DNA of 64,000 bases from Lama glama (lineage: Eukaryota): contig CM052816.1 of NCBI GenBank assembly GCA_028534125.1, positions 23,438,001 to 23,502,000 on the forward strand. Direction: 5' to 3'. Numbering within the stretch: position 1 is the stretch's first letter; each line of letters begins with the position of its first letter. Shown here piece by piece: positions 24,437 through 36,746 of the stretch. The notes beneath the pieces were generated by a model. The model did no database searches. It was given only the letters and a program-made list of their open reading frames with translations, and was not told the origin of the DNA. The position numbers and the translations under genes were made by a program.

Positions 24437-25228
24437 TTTTTTTTCTTTATTGAGGTATAACTGACACACGAAACTGCGCATATTTAATATATACTATTTG
24501 ATGAATTTGGACATATACATACACCTGTGAAGCTGTCACCACAATCAAGGTAACAGACAAATCCATTGCCTCTAAAAGTTTCCTCGTACGTCTTCTGTTG
24601 TTGTTGTTGTTGTAAGAATACTTAACGTGAGATCTACCCTCTTAAATATTTAAATGTACAACACAGTATTGTTAAACTGTAGGTGCTAGAACTTACTCAT
24701 CTTGCACAACTGAAATTTTATGCTATTGAACGACAGCTCCCCCACTTCCCCTCTCCCCTCAGAAGCTGGCAACCATCATTCTGTTCACTGCCTCTACCAG
24801 TTTGACTATTTGAGATGCCTGCTAGGAGTGGGATCTGGGAGTATCTGTTCTTCTGAGACCAACTTATTTCACTTAGCTTCATCCTCCAGGTTCATCCATG
24901 TTGTTGCAAACAGATAACAAGTGTTTGTGAGAATGTGGAGAAACTGGAGCCCTTTTCCGCTGTTGGTGGGAATGTAAAATGGTACAGCTGCCATGGGAAA
25001 CTACAGGGAATATCCTCAAAAATTAAAACTAGAACTACCATATGATCCAGCAGTTCCACTTCTGGGTATTTATCCAAAGGAATTGAAATCAAGGTCCCAA
25101 AGAAAGATCAGCACTGCCATTATTCACTGCAGCTTTACTCACAACAGCCAAGTCATGGAAACCACCCAAATGTCCATCAACAGTTGAATGAATAAAGAAA
25201 ATGTGATGTAGTTATACAATGGAATACT
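24437..25228 (-). mobile_element. L1MA-type 3' end with 5' inversion
   Basis: Antisense 3'UTR at 24437-24911 joined to a sense segment at 24912-25228 (KLKLELPYDPAVPLLGIYPKELKS). Confidence 0.85.
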
Positions 25229-27399
25229 TTCTACTCCCTACTGTATTTGAGAGTAATATGCTGCTAAGTTTTTATATTTATTAAACACATCCTATGAATC
25301 AGCATATGCCTAACCAACTCTTTGCTTGCTAGTTACTTACTTATACTCTCAACATGTGAACACTTCTCATCTGTGTTTTACAAGCTACAGACCCATGCAC
25401 ATTTCATAATAGAATTCAATATTCTGAAAAGCAATACACATTACTCTGAGAGCCAGAAGTTCTTTTTGTGTGAGTTGACAGTGTTGTAAGGGTGCCATCC
25501 CTCTGGTTAAACAAGATGACATTATAGTTGGCCTGTAACTCAAGAGCAGTCAATCAGTAGTTTGGACAAATCTGCACAAAAATTAAAGACTTCCTTTCTC
25601 TCGGTAATCCAAACTGTAAATAAATCTTCAGACATCATTTGCTTGGTGGGAACAGAAAGTGAAACAGAGGGAAAGAGACCCATCAGTAGCAGTGGGCAGG
25701 AGTCAACAGAATCCACATGTAAACACAAGCCAAAAAGGCCTTCACAGGAAGGGGTGAGTTGCTATTGGGTGGTGGGGACACAAACCTAAGATGAAAACAC
25801 AGAGGGTGAAAAGACAGAAAGGTAGTCAATAAATTTCAAGAGAATAGAATTGGCTTCTAACTCTGAGAAATTTTCAGGGTCACTTCAGATCTCAAAAAAC
25901 TGGGCAGTCTCCAAATTTTCTGAGGTATCATTACTGTGACTCTGGTAATTTTCATTATACCTAATTTGAAAGCTTTTTTCATTCACATGAGCGGCAGCCC
26001 AGTGATTAAGACTCCTGTTGGCTAGTTTTGTGTATTCACCAAAAGGAAACGAACTTAATTTTTTCAAGAGGTATTCCTGTATGAGCAAAATACTTTCTCA
26101 GTGAGAATTCCCTTGACTTTAATGTACCAAATAAGAGAATTACTACAATGTACCAAATAATTCCCAGATAAGTTTTCAAAAAGCGTCAAGCAATAACATT
26201 TAGTATGAAGACTTGTTATTTAAGTCAAGTTAATTTATGCATCAGGATGAGTACAACTGCCACCTTACTTCCTTGCCTTCTTCAATACATCTTAGGAAAC
26301 GGATTTAAACGGTAGAAATAGGGCTTAGTAAAGAATTAGTCTGGAAAAGGATCAGCAAATAAATGGCAGCTGTACCGTCACTTCCTTCTCCCAATCCTAT
26401 TGTTGATATAATTACTTAATCAGAGTTTTGCTTCTCCCTAAATCCAGAGAAGTTCATGGTTAGAAATATTCATGGCACTGTATTTCAGGACTCACCACCC
26501 ACAGATCTAAGCCAGCAGTCACAATTAAACCTATTTGACATCAGTGTGTTATTTCCTCCTTTGGACTGTTGCCTTTAGTGCTGGCTGTTTTCTCCAAGTG
26601 ATTAATGTAACCTCATCAAGTTAATGAACCTGGTATTTCAGCATTTCTTCAGGGAAAGAAGAACTAAAATTATTGGTGTGAACTACTCTATTCACTAATA
26701 CACTCTGTTAATTTACTGAAATTGCTTATGGAAACTAAGCATGATTTAGAAAAACTCAAGCTACAAACAATTACCAGCCTCTAATCATTATTAAGGAAGA
26801 AAGGGAACCAAGAAAGCTTAAGAGATATAATAAATAGCAAAATCAAAACTTCTAAAGGCCAAAATCATCTCAAAAATAAAAAAATAGACACTTGCAAAAA
26901 GATCTGCAATATATACAATATACCATGATGATCAATAACATTAATAAATTAAGCATTGCTATACATAAATTAGAAAGACCCTTGGATGACTGCTTCTGTG
27001 GTGTTATTAGAAAGGATACAAAGCAAGGCCATGCTCTGCAATACTTTTTTTCTCCTACTTCTATACTAGTGTAACTTCACATAGGTGCAGGAGTTTTGTT
27101 TAGCCTTAAAAATTCCCTTCTAAAGTGGTAATACCTTAACAAAAAGGATTACTTTAATAAACCTGAGTTGGAATTGGTTGGAAACAAAAAAGAAAGTGAC
27201 AATTTCCACCTCTGGAGTCAGGTAGAAATGGAGAATACTAGGTGGAAGGAACAGGAATTATGGGACCTACATAATTTTTAAGTACTCTTGAAATATTTTT
27301 CTATTGATTTATCTATATCAAATATCCTAAGATCATATGTACATCCAGGCAATTCGATCAGTGGCTGATATCACCAGGAAGATCTGGGTGATGGAAATA

Positions 27400-27910
27400 C
27401 ACACCACTTGATGTGGTCCTGTTCTCCCCACAGCCAAACTGCAGCTTAAACTTGGCCAAGACTCTACTAATTAGAAACTTACAGGATAAAGAAGGGTTAG
27501 TGGAACATATTGTACCATGTAGAACGCAATCAACAAAATGCAGGCTCAGAAATTGAAGAGGATAAACAACCTCTTTCTTTAATAACAAAAGCTGGGTGTG
27601 AAGGAGGTTGAGAAGGAGGAAAGGTGAGACGGCGAAGACAGGTAGAGACTATAGATTAGAAACAAAACAAAACAAAAGAATGAAACTAGAAAAATTGAAG
27701 AGACACAGCAACCAATCACAATTTACGCACCGTAGTTAGATACTAATCCGAAAACAAATTGTTTTTAAAAATGTATAACAGAAAGTGAACACAGGTGTGC
27801 TATTTGATGATTATAGGACTTTAAGATATGCTAATGATATTGCTTTTCTTAAAAAAAAATTGCTTATCTCTAAGAGATACATACTTGGAAATGTTTTCAG
27901 AAGTGGTAGA
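27400..27910 (+). mobile_element. L1MC4/5-like 3'UTR fragment
   Basis: aagactctactaattagaaacttacagg...caatcaacaaaatgcaggct...ggataaacaacctctttcttt...tatttgatgattatagg. Confidence 0.55.
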
Positions 27911-29883
27911 ATGTCTATGGTGACAAACTGTACTGGTTTTCCTGAGACCGAGAAGCATCTTGAGACTTAGAACCTTCATTGGTAAAACCAGGAATGTTCT
28001 GTGCAAATGACAATTTCCATCAACTGGGGTGAAAGTTGTGAAGTTGGTGAGGCTAGAGATAAAATTCTACAGGCTTTTAGAGGATAATAGTTGAAATTGT
28101 AGTGTATGTTTAAAAATGTCCAAGATTTTGAAAAATTCTATGGGCCAATACTGCTTGTCTGTGGAAAGATGGGATGCATTGTACCCGTCAATGTTAGGAA
28201 GCTTCATGAAATCATTCTATCTGGACTTTTTTCAGAACAGAAAGAAACCCAGTATGAAATATTCTTGTCATTCCAGATCATGCAAAGATAATATTGTCAG
28301 GAAACTGGGTGCTTGTGTGTAAGACAATGAGACAGTAGTGATTTCTTGAAAGTTCGTCTGGTACTGTGGGGCTCCCTGTGTTCCACTGGTAGCAGACCAT
28401 CAACATTTACTGAGTGCCTACCAGTCATAAAGGCCTTGTGAGACTTCAGGAGGTAGAAAATACATGCAAATTAGCCAGAACAATACAATGAATCCTAAGT
28501 GTTATCTTATGGAGCTCAGAGGGGGAAGCGCTCACTGATCCAGAGATATAAGTGGACACAGGAGAGGTGTATGCATTTATCTCAAATTTAACATGATCCA
28601 TACATCTATTAATATTTAAAATTTATGCATGTTTGGATTTGATTGAATGGAATCCTTTAATTTGTAATTTTTCACAGAAGAAAAGAGAATTTGGGCCTTT
28701 TCCAAAACATTGCATGTGTATCTTTGATGTGCACTTCTCTATTTTTATACAATCTCCACAGTGCAAGTGATGAATGACAGTTTACTTCTTTTCCTAACAA
28801 TATAAAAAAGTGAAAAGTTATTTTAAAATAACTTTTAGAGTCAAATCTGTGGCTCAGTGATTTCTGTGATTCATGTCCCAAACTGAATATTCTAGCAACA
28901 AAGTCCAAATTTCTCAGTGAGAGGAAATTGACCTACTAGTCATCTTTCATTCAAACAGTGTGATGAATAACTTCTTTGTTTGTTTCTCCCCTAGAATGGA
29001 GAAAGATTCCATTATTCTTGGCAGATTTGAAAAAACAAATGTTAGAGAATTGATTTATGTTTTTCAAATGCATTTATTCACAAAACTGAGATGAGGAAGC
29101 TTACAGAACAGGTTCTAGAAGACCACCTAAGTTGTGAGAAAGTTTGCTGGGTCACACACTGCTTGAGCCGCGTCTTCAAGCAGTCCTTCAGAGGCTAACA
29201 AGCCAGTGCCCCAACTCGGGCACCAGAGAAACCTGAAAACATCAAGGAGTGACAGAGCAACGGAACATAGAAACACAGGTCCTTATGGTCGTCCTGGAAA
29301 ATGGGCAACATGCCAAGAGCTTCAGCTTCATACAAATCCTAGATAATCTCTTTCCTTGAAGCTTGAGCACAGAGAGGGGTGTGGCAAAATGCTGTCAGAC
29401 TGCTTCGCAGTTTGCTGCAGTATGATGTCCCAAAGGAGAGAACAAAACAATTGTAGAATAAAGAGCTCCATACCAACTGACTTTTTGTTCTCATAATATG
29501 CCCTGCTTTACGGTATCACTTCTTGTTACAGCTTTCTTCTGCAGTCTTTCTTAATCCCACATAGTTGCTAGTCCAACCCCACCCACCTTTCTGTTACAAG
29601 CCAGAGTAACTGCCATCTCTTAGACGGAACCTTAACAAGATTCCCTGAGTAATAATTACTTCTCCTTCCCAGATATTTTCATTGTCTTCTTCAGATAACT
29701 TTGTTTGGCATTTATTATAGATAGCTTACATTCATTATTTGTTAAGTGTGTTTTACAACTTCCCTGGGTTGGACTTTTATGTTGTTTTAAATTCTTTTAT
29801 CTACCATAGCTCTAATATCACACTCACACAGTATGTTTTAATAACGCATGTGGAACTAACATAGATGAGAACTGTTTGCTTTA

Positions 29884-32800
29884 TTATTTTCTATTGAAGG
29901 AGAGTTGACTTAACAATATTATATTAGTTTCAGGTGTACAGCAGAGTGATTCAGTACTTTTACAGATTACACTCCAGTAAAAGTTATTATAAGATAATGG
30001 CTGTAATTCTCTGTGCTGTGCAATATGTCCTTGTTGCACATTATTTTACATACAGTAGTTTGTGTCTCTCAAGTCCATATGCCTATCTTGCCCCTCCCCT
30101 CTTTGTTTTCCCCTGTGGTCACCACGAGCTTGTTTTCTGTATCTGCAAGTCTGTTTCTGTTTTGCTATGTACATTTGTTCGGTTATTTTTTAGATTCCAC
30201 ATATAAGTAATGTCAAACAGTATTTGTCTTTCTCTCTCCAACTTAATTTCACTAAGCATAATATTCTCCAGGTTCATCTATGCTACTACAAAGGGAAGAA
30301 TTTTATTCTTTTTTATGACTGAGCAATATTCCATGGTATATAATAGACACCACATCTTCTTTTTCCATTATTCTTTTGACAGACACTTGGGTTGCTTCCA
30401 TACCTTGGATATTGTAAATAGTGCTGCTATGAACATTGACCTGCATGTATCTTTTTGAATTAGTGTTTTTGTTTTTTCCCTCCATTTATGCAGGAGTGGA
30501 ATTGCTGGATCATGTGGTAGTTCTATTTTTAGTTTTTGAGGAAACTCCATACTGTTTTCCATACTGACTGCATCAATTTACATTCCCACTAACAGTGTAC
30601 AAGTGTTCCCTTTTCTCCACATCCTCACCCAACATTTGTTATTTGTAGACTTTTTGATGATAGCCATTCTGACAGGCATGGAGTGATATCTCATTATGGT
30701 TTTGATTTGCATTTCTCTAATAATTAGTGATGTTGATAATCATTTCATGTCCCTGTTAGCCATCTGTATGTCTTCTTTGGAAAAACATCTGTTCAGGTCT
30801 TCTGCCCATTTTTGATCAGGTTGTTTGGGTTTTTTTTTTTTTTTTGATATTGAGCTGTATGAACTGTTTATATATGTTGGATATTAACCCTTTGTTCATC
30901 ACATCACTTGCAAATATTTTCTCCCATTCCACAGATTGTCTTTTTAGTACTGTTGATGGTTTCCTTTCCTGTGTAAAAATATTTAATCAGGTCCCATTTG
31001 TTTATTTTTGCTTTTATTTCTTTTGCTTTAGGAGACAGACCACTGAAAAATATTACTATAATTTTTTGTCAAAGGATGTTCTGCCTATGCTCTTTTCCAG
31101 GAGTTTTATGGTTTCCAGTCTGTCTTTTAGGACTTTAATCCTTTTTGTGTTTATTCTTGTATATGATGTGAGGAAATGTTCTAATCTCATTGTTTTACAT
31201 GTAGCTGTTGAGGTTTTCCAGCACCACATATTGCAGACACTGTCTTTCCTCCATTGTATATTCTTTCCTCCTTTGTCATAGACTAATTGACCATAGGTGC
31301 CTGGGTTTATTTCTGGGCTCTCCATTCTGTTCCACTGATCTAAGTGTCTGTTTTTGTGCCAGTGCCATGCTATTTTGATTACTGTAGCTTTGTACAATAG
31401 TCTGGAGTCTGGGAGAGTACAACTTTGTTCTTTTTTCTACCTTTTTGACAATTTGGGGTCTTTCAAGGTTCCATATGAATTTTAGTATTATTTTTCCTAG
31501 TTCTATGAAAAATAGCGTAGGTATTTTGATAGAGATTGCATTAAATCTGTAGATTGTTTTGGGGAGTATGACCAGATTAACAATATTAATTTTTCTAATC
31601 CAAGAACATGAGATATCTTTCCATTTCTTTATATACTCCTCAATTACTTTCATCAATGTTTTATTGTTTTCAGAGATAGGTCCTTCATCTCCTTAGTTAA
31701 GTTTATTCCTAGGAATTTTATTCTTTTTGATGTGATTTTAAACAGGATTTTTTTTTTTACTTTCTCTTTTTGATAGTTTGTTATTCATGCATGAAAAAGC
31801 AATAGATTTCTGTATATTAATCTTGTATCCTACAACTTTGCTTTCTTGTAATTTTTATTGCATGAAATATCTTTTTCCACCCCCTCACTTTCAGGCTGTG
31901 TGTATGTTTAGCTCTGAAGTGAGTTCCTGCAGGAAGGATACAGAAAAGTTTTGTTTTCTAATCCAGTCAGTCACCCTATGTCTTTTGATTGGAGTACTTA
32001 GTCCATTGACATTTAAAGTAATTTTTTAATAAGTATGTATTTATTACCATTTTATTACTTGTTTTCTGGCTGTTTTTGTATTCTTTGCTGATTTCTTTCT
32101 CTCTCTCTTTTTTCCCTTATGTTCTTATGTGGGAGTGTTCCCATACAGATTGTATGTGCCCAGTGACTTTGGTGGGAGAGCTGGAATTGACATAAATACA
32201 AGTCACATCTTGCTCTGGGCTGTGTGGGCAGTTATCACCAAGTTAGGGTGTGAGGCTGGAGTTGGGGGGCTGGAGGTGGAGCTGGGTGTGAAGTGGGAAT
32301 TCCTCTCTGCTCACTGGGGTGGGGTCTGAACCCAAGCAGCTGCAGCAGAAGCCCCGCTGGCTCCGTTCCCTCTAATGTGTGTCTTCTCTCTCCCTGCACT
32401 GGAATCTTTGCCACTGAGTGAGGGAAGTTCCTAAGCAACTGGGGCCCATATGGGCTCTTGGGTCATGCTAGCTACAGAGGTCTGAGCTGTCTCCAGTGTG
32501 CTGCAGGCACCCACGATGGCTTTTCTTGCTCTGCTCAGATGCAGCCTCGGGTGCAAGTTCCCTTTATTCCTCACAGCTGGTAACTGCCCCTAAACTCCAC
32601 TGCCCCGTCCTGGTGTGGAGCAAAAGCCCGGAGCTGGCAGGGCCCACGTGGACTCTTGGCATGTGTTGGAAGGTATGTTGTAGTGGAGCTGCCACAGCCA
32701 GAGATCTGGGCTGCCTCTGATGCATTAGCACCACCAAGGCTGCCACTGCCTCATCCAGGATCCACCCAGTGGCTGGCTTGTCTGTGTCCCATGGTTGAAT

Positions 32801-33345
32801 CTTCCCCTCAGTCTTGGCCTCCACACATCCTGTGCCTTGCTGTGACATGGAGTGAGCGAGGGCCAAGCATTCACTGGGGTGACCTGGGGCACTCGCCCGG
32901 GGGTAACAGGAAACCTGGCCAACTAGATCAGACCTCTCTCTTCCCTGCCTGCAGGGCAAGGCAGCACATGTGCGCTCCTCACCAGCCCAGTGCAGGCTTA
33001 CCTTTGCCCTCCTTTGTTCCCAGAGGGCCTCCCACCAGCCAAGGGGGCTTGTCTCCTCTGTGTAGGACCTAGGACCGGGGCCCTGGGAGGGTAGTGGCTG
33101 TCACCTGTAGCTCTCCAGGGTGGATATCTGTGTATTCTCCCTGTCTGGGGCACAGGTCCCGACCCGATCGCTTTTATTCTCTTCCTACCCGATCGCGTGT
33201 GTATCTTTCTTGCACCTTTGGTTGTGCAGGAGCCCTCTCCCAGTCTCCAGCTAGTTATCAGTGAGGACTGTCCCACATTGCAGATGTATTTTTGATGCGT
33301 TCGCTGGGGGAGGTGAGCTCCACATCTTCTTACTGGGCCATCTCC
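29884..33345 (-). mobile_element. L1 (cetartiodactyl type) with 5'UTR and 3' end but large internal deletions
   Basis: 5' end near 33343 (agatggcccagtaagaagatgtggagctcacctccccc on minus); GC-rich 5'UTR 32125-33345; ORF2 start MVINTYLLKITLNVNGL near 32050; ORF2 C-terminal half (ORFs 31276..31656, 31056..31397, 30368..30562); candidate 16-bp TSD. Confidence 0.9.
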
Positions 33346-34829
33346 AGAATTCTTTGCTTTAATCAAGGTCTCATTAGGGAAAGAAAAGAGCTAGTAGAAT
33401 ATTCCTCAAAATGTGTTAAGCACACACACAAAATTAAGATGAACAAATAAAACACACTCTTCAAGTATTGACTTAGTTTAACTAATCTTTCCTTTTTCTT
33501 TATTTAAGCTGCAAATTTCAGAACTCTGGCAAGTGGAACTATTGATTCTAGTGTTAATCAAATGTTTTCTTTTTGGAACATGATGTAAAAGTTAGGATGT
33601 AACTAATCAGATATGAAGATAAAGTTTAAGTTAAGAAACTTTAGTTTTGGACATATCTTTGTCATTTGTTTAAACTTGACCTCAACATTATCAAAATGTT
33701 TACCAAATGTGTCAGGATTATAAATGCAGTCAAATGTCAAAGTTTGTAAGTTGCTCTCATCCCTTTTATTTCCATACAGGAAAAATGCTGTTTAAAAAGC
33801 TTTTCAGTTTACATTCCTAAATGACTTTAGAATTTTAAAGACTAGTTAGATAAATTGCTTTTAAGCTATAAAGCCGTGCATTCCAGTCCCGAGACCATTG
33901 TTGTTTATCTGCTTTATAATACGAGCATGCAGCTCTATCAAGATCAAATTATGTTACTCTTTGCAAAACTGCTAACGAGTGTAATTACTGTGCTTTTGTC
34001 TTTTTCCTTCCGTCTCCTGCTTCTCCATTTCTTGCTCTCTTGCTCTCTGTCTCCCAGTTTAGCAAGTAAACACAATTTTGTGACTACTTTCCTGAATCAA
34101 TTTAAACCTTACCTAGGAATCAAAAGCATGGAACAAAAGATGTAGCAGAAAGCTTTTCCCTTAACTACTGAACTGTATTGTAGTTATGTGTGTTACATTT
34201 CTACATTTTGTTTGGAAAAGCTAGCATTTCAACCGTATATTATAATTCTTTAGTAACATCCCCATTAGAGACTACTGGATAAAAATGGTTAATTTAATAT
34301 GTTCCCTTAAAGCTGAAAGCCACTTATCACTTGTCTTCAGTTTATGAATATTTCCTTTGGGGTAATCTAGAGAATATAGCCTGAATTAAACACAGAATTT
34401 ATTTTCAGTTTCCATCAGTTCAAACAATCATTATATGAGCCCAGTGTGGAGTCTTAGCTTTTATCCAATTGCCCCCTTTACAAAGAGCAAAATTCTAAAG
34501 ACTAAGTTCATTAAATTATTTCAAAGTTAGACATGTTTTAGCCCAATATGAAACAAGGTAGTTCTTTAAGGGAAGAAAATGAAAACTCAAATTTTATTTC
34601 TTAAAAACAATGAAAAGGCACGTGATAACTTAGAGTTGAGAATACTAAGCTACAAAATAGCTTGTTTTATTTTACTATGCGATTTTGTGCAACTTTACAT
34701 AATTTCTTTGAAGCATAATACAATAACACTGCATTTGCAAAATGAGGGACTTGAACTGTACCACATGACTATCAGTGATCAGTTATGTGAACTATATACC
34801 ATGCTAGCTAAAACTGCACAAAAGAGCAA

Positions 34830-34995
34830 TTAATTTACCTATCAGCTGGGTACTATTATTATTCCCTTTTATAAATTAGGTATGTGAGGAATAAAGAAAA
34901 CAAATACATATTGTCCAAGATAACACATCTTGTAACAGAACCAGATTTAAACCTAAGCAATTTGGCTCCAGAGCATAAGATTTTGACTATTATAA
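34830..34995 (-). mobile_element. MIR SINE
   Basis: ggtactattattattcccttttataaattagg...ttgtccaagataacacatct...gatttaaacctaagcaatttggctccagagc. Confidence 0.75.
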
Positions 34996-35159
34996 CATGA
35001 ATTCAAATATCCTTCAAGCTCTATGAAAATTTAATTCGTCTTTATGAAAGTACTTTCAGTTTCTCACAGTTTCTAAAGCTTAAGTTCATGGCTGGGAAAG
35101 GTAAGTCCAACTTTTTGAAAGTCCAGTAGAGAGATGCCAATGTAGACTGATGATTATCT

Positions 35160-35668
35160 TAAGCAACTTTCGCTGACATGTGATTCATATACCATCAAAT
35201 TCACCCACTTAAAGTGTAAAACTTAGTGGTTTTAGTATATCCACAGAATTATGCAAATATTACCATTATGTAAAATTAGAACATTCTGATCACCCCTAAA
35301 AGCAACCCTATACCCCAAAGCAGTCACTTCTACTCCCCTCCCGGCCCCAGATAACTGCTAATCTATTTTTTCTCTCTATAGATCTGCATGCTCTGGACTT
35401 TCTCATATAAAGGAATCATAAAATCATAGACTCATTTTTTCCCACTTAGCATAATGCTGTCAAGATTCATCCACATTGTAGAATACATCAGTACTTCATT
35501 TCCATTTTATTGCCAAATAATATTTCATCATCTGTATATACAACATTTGTTTATACATTCAGCCTTTAATGGACATCTGTGTTGTGTCTGCTCTATTTTG
35601 AATAATGCTGCTATGAACATTATTGTACAAGTTTTTGTTTGGACATATGTTTTTATATCTTTTGGGTA
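35160..35668 (-). mobile_element. L1MB/L1MC 3' end
   Basis: aaattcacccacttaaagtgta, cacttagcataatgctgtcaagattcatcc, aatgctgctatgaacatt. Confidence 0.85.
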
Positions 35669-36309
35669 GCTAGCTTATTCAGAGAATTTTACAAGAGTGT
35701 TCACGATTTTAACTCTTATTTTCCTTCTCTACTTGTTGGAAATGGAATAAATAACATTTTCATAAAGAAAACACTATGAAACTTGACTCCTTTCTGTATG
35801 TGGCTAGATTTTGACGCCGTATATAAAGTCTGAGAATCTCTGTAGATGAAAAACTGTCAGTGTTTCAAGACTGTGTAGAGGTTTGGTTGTCCTATTGGAA
35901 GAAAAGAGCAGAGCTCAAAAGGAACAAGAAAGAACAAAGCAGGTAAATTAAATTACAACATGTGTCCCTACCCTTTTTTCCACGTGCACTGACTTGGAAA
36001 TATGGTCTGCAATAAGAAACAAGATTATCATGACGATGGTTGACTTGTATTTCCAAAATATTAATGACTTTTTAGTGAACAATAAAGAAAAAAAGAAACA
36101 CGGTCAGAAACAGAACATGACCGATCCAGACTTAAAAATCAGTATGCGACAGGACATAATTAACAATCTGAGAGACAAGCGTGATCGCAGCTCAGTGACT
36201 GGGTTAGGTCTGGAGCCCTGCTGTCAGTTTGGCTGTTGTCAGTAGGACAACGGCTACGTCCTTCACGTCTCTGGGCTGCGGTTACTCTTCAAAATGAAGA
36301 CATTGGACT

Positions 36310-36746
36310 AGAAAATTGTTAACTAGTCATGTGGTATCCATATCGACTGACAAGGGATTCATTACCAAAATATACAAACAGCTCATACAGCTCGATATCA
36401 AAAAAAACAAACAACCCAGTCAAAAAGTGGGCAGAAGATCTAAACAGACATTTCTCCAAAAAGACATACAGATGGTCAACAGGCACATGAAGAAAACGCT
36501 CAACATCACTAATTATCAGAGAGAGGTAAATCAAAGCCACAATGAGACATCACCTCACACCGGTCAGAATGGTCATCATCTAAACGTCTACAAATAATAA
36601 ATGCTGGAGAGGCTGTGGAGAAAGGGGAACCCTCCTACACTGTTGGTGGGGATGTAAATTGGTGCAGCCACTATGGAGAAAAGTACGGAGGTTCCTTAAA
36701 ACACTAAAATAGACTTACCATATATATGATCCAGTGATCCCACTCG
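36310..36746 (+). mobile_element. Internal L1 ORF2 fragment without 3'UTR or poly(A), inserted in a MIR
   Basis: TDKGFITKIYKQLIQL...ggagaaaggggaaccctcctacactgttggtggg, ending abruptly at gatcccactc. Confidence 0.85.

Noticed and set aside
26121..26160. Direct repeat aatgtaccaaataa twice with a 12-nt spacer
   Set aside because: Two short units in AT-rich mammalian DNA; not CRISPR-like and no functional evidence.
27915..28330. Possible MER81-like DNA transposon followed by a CR1/L3-like remnant
   Set aside because: Similarity too weak to call by eye.
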